Source: a virus. From it: a DNA stretch of 31,609 nucleotides. This document shows positions 1 through 7,419 of the stretch, piece after piece; the first letter of the stretch is position 1, and every line of letters starts with the position of its first letter. The DNA lies in IMG/VR virus record IMGVR_UViG_3300040960_000460; one strand, 5' to 3'. The translations under genes were made by a program, and so were the position numbers. Below the pieces are notes generated by a model. It was given only the letters and a program-made list of their open reading frames with translations. It was not told the DNA's origin and made no database searches.

Positions 1-127
1 ACAAAAGGAACAGTGAATTCGCAAGTGTTGCAGTTAGCTAATTCAATTCCAACGCCATTACCCCACACGCCAGACGTTCGGCTGTTATTGGTAACGCGAG
101 GCAAAACCATTCTTTTAAATGCGGTAG
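1..127. repeat. End overlap of a circular assembly (identical to 31483-31609)
   Basis: Read directly: both copies spell acaaaaggaacagtgaattcgcaagtg...aaaaccattcttttaaatgcggtag over all 127 nt. The block lies inside a coding frame, so it is an assembly overlap and not a biological terminal repeat. Confidence 0.95.
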
Positions 128-572
128 GTTGTCCTGTGATTGTTCCGAATCTAACAACAGGGCTAACCACAGCACCATTAGCTTCAATGGTCATTAGCTC
201 CATGTTTCCATCGGAATCTAATTGAATTGTGTCTGTTACTAGATAGGTTCCTTCTGGCCCAGTAAGAAACGCATTATTTGCAGTTGCATATTCAGCAGCC
301 GCTTTAATTGCATCGGTATCATCAGCAATACCATCACCGACAGCGCCAAAATCTTTAACAGAAACAGTCTCCCTAAGTTTGCTTTCTACCGACCTTGGCT
401 CTGCACCAGTGCCAGCTTGCAAAAAGCCGCCACCAGTAAACCCGCCAACAGTAGAACCATCGTGAGTAACGATTGCTTTCTTTTGAGTGTCGTATGTAAA
501 CTCGGCTTCAGCGCCAGTAAACACATCGGTCTGGGCAGTAGTGCCTCGTCTAAATTTCAATTCTTGTGCCAT
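1..572 (-). CDS. Tailspike, 5' part (aa 1-190 of a 607-aa protein that continues at 31482 across the circular junction)
   Basis: Absent from the ORF track because it has no in-window stop. Hand translation from ATG 572-570 (SD AGGAG = plus ctcct 582-586) gives MAQELKFRRGTTAQTDVFTGAEAEFTYDTQKKAIVTHDGSTVGGF...RETVSVKDFGAVGDGIADDTDAIKAAAEYATANNAFL..., open to base 1. Codon 110-108 is the Met that heads ORF 30231..31592, in the same phase. RRGT..GE..YDT..HDG.T.GG is the common tail-fibre N-terminal (Mtd-N-like) motif. DFGA.GDG..DDT.AI is the pectate-lyase-3 / beta-helix depolymerase signature. Confidence 0.85.
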   Translation of the reverse strand, partial: MAQELKFRRGTTAQTDVFTGAEAEFTYDTQKKAIVTHDGSTVGGFTGGGFLQAGTGAEPRSVESKLRETVSVKDFGAVGDGIADDTDAIKAAAEYATANNAFLTGPEGTYLVTDTIQLDSDGNMELMTIEANGAVVSPVVRFGTITGQPTAFKRMVLPRVTNNSRTSGVWGNGVGIELANCNTCEFTVPF

Positions 573-573
573 T

Positions 574-1164
574 TTATAAGGCTCCTAAGTCGTAGGTATA
601 AACAATAACTGGATCACTAACTAAACCCAAATCCGTTGGAAAATTTAACAATGATGCTTGCTGTAAAAAGTTTTCTAATATCGGGTAAGATATATTCGGT
701 ACAATTACAGCGCCAGTTGAATCAAAAGCTAATATTTTGTCTTCTCTTTGAGAAGCTGCTGGCAAAACCATATTTATAGAAGTAAGGTCACTGTCTGGCT
801 TTTTAATTGATCTATTGGATAGCTCGTTAATTTGCTGTGTCGCTAGCCATAATCTATCGAAATCGTTGTTAACTTCCGATGCCAAAAAATCACCAGACGT
901 CTGATAATCTGTGTTTCTCTCAAGCGGCATATCTCTGTATATTGTAATAATGTCGCCTGATGAAGCGCCAGCCGATAAAAGAATTGATCCGCCAGATTCA
1001 TTTCCGACACCAGAAACCGTGTAACCTGCACCCTCAACCAAAGTTGTGCTGTTTTGTACTACAACAACATCGCCTTTATCGAAGATTTCAAACGTGTATG
1101 GGAATACAGTCTGCCCGCTGGTGGCAGTGTACTGGTTACGGCTTGTTGTGCTGGATACTGTCAT
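574..1164 (-). CDS. Tail fibre/tailspike adaptor, T7 gp17 N-terminal-domain-like (196 aa)
   Basis: The sequence YTATSGQTVFPYTFEIFDKGDVVVV...GYTVSG...ITIYRDMPLERNTDYQTSGDFLASEVNNDFDRLWLATQQ matches the pattern of the T7 tail-fibre N-terminal (virion-attachment) domain. It sits between the internal virion proteins and the tailspike. ATGA overlap with the upstream gene; the stop is 1 nt before the tailspike ATG. Confidence 0.75.
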   Translation of the reverse strand: MTVSSTTSRNQYTATSGQTVFPYTFEIFDKGDVVVVQNSTTLVEGAGYTVSGVGNESGGSILLSAGASSGDIITIYRDMPLERNTDYQTSGDFLASEVNNDFDRLWLATQQINELSNRSIKKPDSDLTSINMVLPAASQREDKILAFDSTGAVIVPNISYPILENFLQQASLLNFPTDLGLVSDPVIVYTYDLGAL

Positions 1165-4100
1165 AAATCACCTACCTTTTCCTCTATTGTATCAAAACCC
1201 TGTCTAATAAACGTTAAGTTTTGGTACGGTATTAAGCGTCTAAGGGCTCTCGTATCAGATTCACCCCAACCATCTTCTGCTAGTCCAGCATTTGCTACTC
1301 GCAACGAAGTATCCAACAAACTACCAACGGTAGGCCCAAGCAAATTTTCAGACATACTTCTTGAAACAAATCGTGCCGCGCCTCTTTCGATTCCAAGCAA
1401 CGGCCTTAGCCCAAAGTTGTTGCTAGACAATTTTTCTAGCGTGTTGTTAATTTCCATAATACTTCCGAGAACGCCCGCCCTATCAATACCCTCTACGATT
1501 AGCTCTACAGGGTCATCAGATATTTCTCGTTTGGCGTCCCACTGTTTAAATGCGTATGCCATCGTTCCAATGCTGGTTAACATTAACACGCCAGCCACCG
1601 CATTATGATCCTGCCCCTGAAGAGCGCCAATCAACATTCTTTGTGTGGAAGCAAACATAAACGAACGGAATTGAAATATTGTCTTGCCTAGCTCGGTAGA
1701 CATAAACAATGGCTTTTCTTGCCCTGGAACAACAATTACTCGATCAGATTCTTTTCTAATCGCAGCAGCCCACACCTCATAAAGTGCAGGTGAGTCCCAG
1801 TTTTTGGCATTAGATATCCAAACACCATCTATTTTTTTAGCGTGCTTTTCTAGCTGTTTCGCAATGTTTTCAGCGTTTGCGTTATCAATACCCAATCTAG
1901 CAAGACGCTTATCTATCTTGCCTTTTAGCAAATCATCAATAACACCATTCTGCATGGTCACTGCGTGAAGCTGCTTAACGCCTGCCGTCCAATAATCCAT
2001 CATATTGATACGACCAAAGTTATCAGTCATTGACTGCAAACCGCGCTCAAACGCAGTACCAGACTGGGTATAATCAATAACATCAGCAATAATTTGAGAG
2101 CGCCCACCCATCAACGCATCAATGCCAACACCATACCGTTTAGCTTCAGCAGCAGATACTTTAAATGTCTTTAGGTTTTTAGCTAGCGGAAGCAAGCCTT
2201 TTGAGAATGTCCTGGCAACACCTTCTGCCATAAAGATTCGTGCAACGTCAGGAACGGACGAGGCAACAACACCGCCCATGAACCGCAGGTAGTTTAAGTT
2301 TCTGGCAACTCGACCAGTACGAACCCAAATATTATTCGGATCAATATCACCGTATACGCCACGAATCCTATCTCTCATAGCGGCAAGGTCTCTAATATCT
2401 GCATCGTACGCCGCAATCAATGCTAAACGCTCTTCCTCTGTCTTGGCTTTTTCCAAAGCAGTTTTTTGCCAAGTTTCCAACTCTTTAAAAGCATCGGTCA
2501 TATCAACATCGCCGAACTTTTTAGTTAACTCTATGTCGGCAGCAGTCTGCCGAAGATACATGCGACCCAAATCTTCAATGTTGTTATCCATGAACTTCTC
2601 TACCATGTTGTCTGGTATCTGAAATGTTCGTGATTTTAACGGCCCTCTTAAACCTGAAATTTTAGCAGTGCTCCCAGTGCTAGAACCTTCGCCCATTTTC
2701 CAATCGTAAGGCAACTTACCATCAGGTGTACCCATAATTCTTTGGGCGATCTGTCTAGCAATATCCTCGTAGTCGAAGTCTTCAAGCTCTCTAGCCTCTT
2801 TAAACTCTGCCTTATCAATAAGAGCTTGTAGCTTTGTTCGTTCAACCCCAGTTGCATTAACAATCTTTATTCTTGCATTTTGAGCCTTGGCAAATAAATT
2901 TAAGTCCTCGTCCTTTAGCCACCTAGACACTACATTCACGAAGTCTGGAAGCTCTGCCGCTACCTTATTTTTGTTCCATCGGCGGTTTAAGTAATTAACA
3001 GCAGTGGCAACATCAACGTCTTCTGGCAGTAACTTAGCTTCGATCAATTCATTTTTAATAGGATCGTACAATTCTCTTTGCCAAGCCTTAGCCGCTGCCT
3101 CAACCTCTGGAATATCGTGCCGACCCTCGCGTATGGCTGTAGAAACAGCCTCGTTGAACTGCAAGCGCTTCATAGTGCCCTTGCCCTTGTTGTTCTTCCT
3201 GTACGCCCTAAACGCGTCTGTGTGGCCTTGCAAGGCGGCATTGTAATAGCCATCCTTAATTTTTGTTAGGCTCTCTGCCGCAGTCATAGATGGCCCGTCC
3301 ATTTTGTATGGATTCTCAGCCAGCATATTAGCAATACGTCTTGTCTCTGGATTTGCGCTAGTAAGGGTTCTAGATAGTGGATCGAAACCCAAAGCCTTGG
3401 CTAAAAACTTGCCAGTCTTGCCCGACACTTGTTGACCACTCGCAACCTGGGCAGCACCTGCACTTAACTGCTCTGGGGTTATGCCTTCTGCCTCTGCTTC
3501 TGCTTTTATTTTTTCAGATTGAAAATCAAAAACAGTGTCTTCGCCTCTAGCAATCTTTGGCTCAACATTCATAGAGCGCTCGATTTCCTCTAGTTGCGAT
3601 TTGTTAATGTATCGGTTTAACTGATTAGCACCAACACCAATAGCACCACCAAGCAAAAACGATGCGCCAACATTAATGGCAGACTCACCCATGGTGCGCT
3701 CTATCTGAGTAGTGTGTAACGCCGCCTCAGTAACGGCAGAACTTGCGGCAGATACTGAGCCAGTAATAAGTCCAGCACTTAGAATTGAATTGCCAGCCTT
3801 GTAAGTTTTGGCTACTGCCCCACCAATAGGAATTAAGTTAATAGGATCAGCAATTGCAACACCAGCACCAATTACAAACGACATAGCGCCACCCTTTCGG
3901 ATGGTCTCTCTGTCGGCCTTTTCTTTAGCAGACTGCCTGCGTAGCGCCTCTATTTCATCAACCGTATCAGCTAGTGCCGCATTGCTAACAAATACCTCAT
4001 CTAATGCTTCTTCGTCAGTAATGTAATCAAATGGATTAAATGACCGATCGTCAACACCATCGGGCAGACCCTGCTCTTGAGCAACAAAAGAACCAATAGT

Positions 4101-4223
4101 GTTTTCTTGACGCCATAAAGCAGACGCTAGCTCAGATACCGTAGGCTTATCAGGCTCAGTTTCAGCTAAGTTAGTTAGCTTATTTTTTAAAACAGCATCT
4201 TCAGGCGCAGAAACAAACGGCAC
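1161..4223 (-). CDS. Large internal virion / DNA-ejection protein (T7 gp16 position, 1020 aa)
   Basis: It is the largest ORF and the last of three consecutive coupled ORFs between the nozzle and the fibre adaptor, as in T7 gp14-15-16. There is a hydrophobic Gly/Ala-rich stretch near the N-terminus (GGAMSFVIGAGVAIADPINLIPIGGAVAK...SILSAGLITGSVSAASSAV). GTG start overlaps the upstream stop (TAGTG). I recognised no lytic transglycosylase motif. Confidence 0.55.
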   Translation of the reverse strand: MPFVSAPEDAVLKNKLTNLAETEPDKPTVSELASALWRQENTIGSFVAQEQGLPDGVDDRSFNPFDYITDEEALDEVFVSNAALADTVDEIEALRRQSAKEKADRETIRKGGAMSFVIGAGVAIADPINLIPIGGAVAKTYKAGNSILSAGLITGSVSAASSAVTEAALHTTQIERTMGESAINVGASFLLGGAIGVGANQLNRYINKSQLEEIERSMNVEPKIARGEDTVFDFQSEKIKAEAEAEGITPEQLSAGAAQVASGQQVSGKTGKFLAKALGFDPLSRTLTSANPETRRIANMLAENPYKMDGPSMTAAESLTKIKDGYYNAALQGHTDAFRAYRKNNKGKGTMKRLQFNEAVSTAIREGRHDIPEVEAAAKAWQRELYDPIKNELIEAKLLPEDVDVATAVNYLNRRWNKNKVAAELPDFVNVVSRWLKDEDLNLFAKAQNARIKIVNATGVERTKLQALIDKAEFKEARELEDFDYEDIARQIAQRIMGTPDGKLPYDWKMGEGSSTGSTAKISGLRGPLKSRTFQIPDNMVEKFMDNNIEDLGRMYLRQTAADIELTKKFGDVDMTDAFKELETWQKTALEKAKTEEERLALIAAYDADIRDLAAMRDRIRGVYGDIDPNNIWVRTGRVARNLNYLRFMGGVVASSVPDVARIFMAEGVARTFSKGLLPLAKNLKTFKVSAAEAKRYGVGIDALMGGRSQIIADVIDYTQSGTAFERGLQSMTDNFGRINMMDYWTAGVKQLHAVTMQNGVIDDLLKGKIDKRLARLGIDNANAENIAKQLEKHAKKIDGVWISNAKNWDSPALYEVWAAAIRKESDRVIVVPGQEKPLFMSTELGKTIFQFRSFMFASTQRMLIGALQGQDHNAVAGVLMLTSIGTMAYAFKQWDAKREISDDPVELIVEGIDRAGVLGSIMEINNTLEKLSSNNFGLRPLLGIERGAARFVSRSMSENLLGPTVGSLLDTSLRVANAGLAEDGWGESDTRALRRLIPYQNLTFIRQGFDTIEEKVGDL

Positions 4224-6604
4224 TATTTAGCCCCCTTTCTAGCTTCAGCTCTAATCCTAGCTTCTTCTTCAGCTCTTCTTTTAGCCTCTTGCTGTAAGCG
4301 CTTTCTTGAGGCTTCACCTTTCTTGCCGATTGCCTTGCCAACCTCACCAACTAACTCGGCAGCCATTCTTTGTGGAGTGGTTGCAATTTCTAAACCTTTA
4401 CCTAAAGCCTCTGCATAATTTTCAGGAGTAAATACGGAGCCAGCATAAATTTCAGATGCAGGGCGAACACGAGTTTTAGCTCTTTCTGGGCGAACACCTG
4501 TTTCATCTTCAATTATTTGATTAACCCGATCTTGCTCTAGCTTTTGCTGAATAGGAGATAATGCCCGCTCTTCTTCAATTCGCTGCCTGGCTTCTTCTTT
4601 TTTCTGATCCATTGCAGATGCAACATCAGGAATAAAGTATTCGTTGGTTGTTTGCAGTACGCCATTTTCATCTTCAAACATAACCCGATACATTGGGCGT
4701 CCCTCAGATGCAGTGCGCGCAGTAACCTCGTCAGAAATAAGAATAATATTGTCTGGATCAACCTCACCAAATAACTCAGAGGCAACAGAAATTTCAGAAT
4801 AGATTTGATCTCTCATGTATTCAATATCACCACCAAGAGTATAGTATTGCTCAGGGGGGTACATCATTTTTCCAAAGATTGAATCACTGTAATTGGCATT
4901 CATAAACTTTTCAGCCTGATCTCTAGCAGATCCTTCATCCATGCCTTCTAAAAAGTACGATTCAAATATGGTCTGATATTGATTTACAGCTCTACCCATA
5001 GATACTTCATTTAGGTCGCCAACAACATCCTGCGTCCATTTTTCATATTTCTCTTGGTATTTTTGCTTCTTAATAATATTGCGTCTAAAATCAATACGAT
5101 CCTGATCTAGACCATCACCCAAGAATTGCTCGCTACGCTTGTATGCTTCTTCAGGACTCATTACCTCCATTAGTCGCACCATGTTAGCGGCGAACGTCTT
5201 AGTTGCAGGAGTAGTAAGCTGATCAAACATTCCTGGTATTTCATCCACCCGATCAATTAACTGTGCAGCCTCAGTAACTAACGCAGGATCACCAGAAATT
5301 AATTGCTGATTAACTTGAATCTTAACTTTTTTAGGAATAATTCGAGTAGCGCCAATGAAGTTAGCCTGAACCAAAGACTTGTCAGCCATGCCTTCTAACT
5401 GGGGCTCTAGCAAGTCCTCGTAGTAATCATCAATACCTTGCTGAGTTACCACTACAGTGGGATCACCTTTAACACGGTCAGATACATCTAGGATTCTATC
5501 GTTCTTCTCTTTAGACCTGTTTTGCTGTGCATACACATTGTTGATAATTGAAGTGCGCTCATCACCACTAATATCGCCATCACCGAATAATCGGTTAGCA
5601 TCTCGAATAATCTCATCAGCTGGACGCAAGCCATTCTTGGCAGCAATCTCTAGGTTAGATACTTCTAGCGCAATCTCTGAACTTCTTTGTGATTTTTGTT
5701 TGCCAACAGCAATGCGAACATCATTCACCCTAGCATCAATTTGAGTTTCTAATGCGCGTTTTTCATCGGGCGTTAAATCTTCAAAAAAATCAGTAGAGCG
5801 TAAATCAGATAGTAGCTTCTCGCCTTTAACAAGTCTTTGCTCTAGAGGTTCCTCTTCGTTAAAGACAATGCGATCGATCTGTCCTAGATATACTTCTTCG
5901 GCTACATTTTTACCAAGAGCCTCAATTCTATCTTTCGCCTGTATTGGATCAATAAATTCAGCAGAATCCTCGATCATTTTATACAGTCTATTCTCTAACG
6001 CTTGCTGCCTTTCTGTGTCATTGTTTCTAGCAGCATAAAGTATTTCATTTTCTATACTTGAAATATCGGCTTCAATACCTGCCAAATCTTCCTTAAATTT
6101 ATTTTCAATAGCAGTCTTCTTAATTGCTTTTTGTCGAAAATAAATATCCTCGTTCAATACAGAATCAAGCTCAACTTGAAGCTCTGGAGGCAACCCATCC
6201 ATAAGCCCTTGCTTATACTTGTCAGCAACTTCTTTGTATGCCTTTGGATCTTCTTTAAATTCAATTGCAAGCTCATCAAAACGCTTTCTAGCGTCTAATG
6301 ATATTCCTGACTTATAGGCTTTAATGGCAGCTTCATTAAATGCTTGGCCGTAATAGGTATTATCTTCCTGCAATTCAGGAGCAATAATATTCCCTTCTTC
6401 GTCACGCTCAACCTGCGCACCAGCCAGTGCTCCAGATTTAGCAGCTTTTGTAGCACGTTCTTTTAAAGCAATCTGGCCAAGCTGCGCGGCAGTCTCACCC
6501 ACCTGATCTGCCAAACCAGCAAGGGCTTGGAATCTTTTAGCGGTAGAGAAGTCTGGGCCTGTAGGCTCAAACTTGCCGTAATAATCTATGCGCTTGATTG
6601 CCAT
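4223..6604 (-). CDS. Internal virion / ejection protein (T7 gp15 position, 793 aa)
   Basis: Long, highly charged, coiled-coil-like sequence with a K/R/E-rich C-terminus (RKRLQQEAKRRAEEEARIRAEARKGAK). Position and tight coupling (TAAATG with the upstream gene) are the only evidence. Confidence 0.45.
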   Translation of the reverse strand: MAIKRIDYYGKFEPTGPDFSTAKRFQALAGLADQVGETAAQLGQIALKERATKAAKSGALAGAQVERDEEGNIIAPELQEDNTYYGQAFNEAAIKAYKSGISLDARKRFDELAIEFKEDPKAYKEVADKYKQGLMDGLPPELQVELDSVLNEDIYFRQKAIKKTAIENKFKEDLAGIEADISSIENEILYAARNNDTERQQALENRLYKMIEDSAEFIDPIQAKDRIEALGKNVAEEVYLGQIDRIVFNEEEPLEQRLVKGEKLLSDLRSTDFFEDLTPDEKRALETQIDARVNDVRIAVGKQKSQRSSEIALEVSNLEIAAKNGLRPADEIIRDANRLFGDGDISGDERTSIINNVYAQQNRSKEKNDRILDVSDRVKGDPTVVVTQQGIDDYYEDLLEPQLEGMADKSLVQANFIGATRIIPKKVKIQVNQQLISGDPALVTEAAQLIDRVDEIPGMFDQLTTPATKTFAANMVRLMEVMSPEEAYKRSEQFLGDGLDQDRIDFRRNIIKKQKYQEKYEKWTQDVVGDLNEVSMGRAVNQYQTIFESYFLEGMDEGSARDQAEKFMNANYSDSIFGKMMYPPEQYYTLGGDIEYMRDQIYSEISVASELFGEVDPDNIILISDEVTARTASEGRPMYRVMFEDENGVLQTTNEYFIPDVASAMDQKKEEARQRIEEERALSPIQQKLEQDRVNQIIEDETGVRPERAKTRVRPASEIYAGSVFTPENYAEALGKGLEIATTPQRMAAELVGEVGKAIGKKGEASRKRLQQEAKRRAEEEARIRAEARKGAK

Positions 6605-7045
6605 TTATTTAATTCCTGGTGTTTTTGTCTTTTGCCTTCCAGACTCTAGTTGGGCAATATCTGCGCCAGTCTGCAATAACGTAGAAGCCGCTTGTAATTT
6701 ACCAGTCTGTGCCGCCATAGAGCCTTGTCGTTTTAATTGAGCCTGCCGTAGTTTATCAGTAAGGCTAATAGCGCCCTCACTTATTCCTACTTGTTGAGCG
6801 CCTGACAGGGCTATGCTTGCTGGAGTACCTTCACCTGCAAGACCAGACTGTCCCATACCAACAACATTAGCCGCCAGTGCTCGGTTTAACTCTTGCCTTC
6901 TCTGCAACTCTCGGCTTTGTGCAGCGACCTTCTCTTGTTCGGCTTGGCGTTTTAATTCATCTTCCTGAACCCTGCCAGAGACATATGAAGCCCTTGCCGA
7001 TACTGCGGCGCTAGTTACTGCTAATGCTGTAATTACCCAGCTCAT
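6605..7045 (-). CDS. Small internal virion protein (T7 gp13/gp14 position, 146 aa)
   Basis: Hydrophobic N-terminus (MSWVITALAVTSAAVSA), then a Q/A/R-rich helical sequence. Synteny only. Confidence 0.4.
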   Translation of the reverse strand: MSWVITALAVTSAAVSARASYVSGRVQEDELKRQAEQEKVAAQSRELQRRQELNRALAANVVGMGQSGLAGEGTPASIALSGAQQVGISEGAISLTDKLRQAQLKRQGSMAAQTGKLQAASTLLQTGADIAQLESGRQKTKTPGIK

Positions 7046-7419
7046 TATTCCACCTCTGGAACAAGTATCTGTTCTGCTATTTTATCAATATCTGTTTCGT
7101 TCGTAACATGAAATGTCGTCATTACTGTATCCGTAAAAGCGTACACAACACGCTTAATGCCTGGCTGTGTTTCCACCATGTAAGGAGCCTCAATAATCTC
7201 TGAACCCTCATGTGTAGCTATCGAGCACTTACCCTTAGACACCATCATAAAGTGTCGAGTTTTGTGTAATGCACCGACAATGCAAACGCCAGCGGGTATT
7301 CGTAATTCCCTTGCGTATATTCCATCCGAGAAGTGATGAAGCGTCTCTGTCTCGGCCTGCTCTTGAGTTAGCATTAACTCTTGCAGCTTGAAGATATTGT
7401 TTTGCAAGGCTAGATTCAC
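7045..7419 (-). CDS. Small cupin-like beta-barrel protein (124 aa), function unknown
   Basis: HHFSDGIYARELRIPAGVCIVGALHKTRHFMMVSKGKCSI resembles small phage cupin-fold proteins. GTG start in a GTGA overlap with the nozzle gene. Confidence 0.35.
   Translation of the reverse strand: MNLALQNNIFKLQELMLTQEQAETETLHHFSDGIYARELRIPAGVCIVGALHKTRHFMMVSKGKCSIATHEGSEIIEAPYMVETQPGIKRVVYAFTDTVMTTFHVTNETDIDKIAEQILVPEVE

Noticed and set aside
1-127. The 127-nt identical blocks at both window ends considered as a genuine direct terminal repeat (T7-like DTR) or mobile-element boundary
   Set aside because: The block lies inside an open, in-phase coding frame (the tailspike). Its length equals a standard assembler k-mer (127). 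T7-type DTRs are noncoding. It is best explained as circular-contig overlap.
1054-1608. 184-aa plus-strand ORF, and similar antisense ORFs (3004..3246, 5457..5744, 8362..8601, 11145..11618, 13753..14118, 15996..16304, 26743..26991, 27332..27592, 29552..29812)
   Set aside because: All lie antisense to long, well-supported, tightly coupled minus-strand genes. They have Ser/Leu/Pro/Arg-rich junk-like composition and no SD motifs.
1161-4223. Expected lytic transglycosylase domain in the gp16-position protein
   Set aside because: I could not find the SLT-type catalytic Glu-Ser motif context by eye. The protein is therefore called only by size and synteny.
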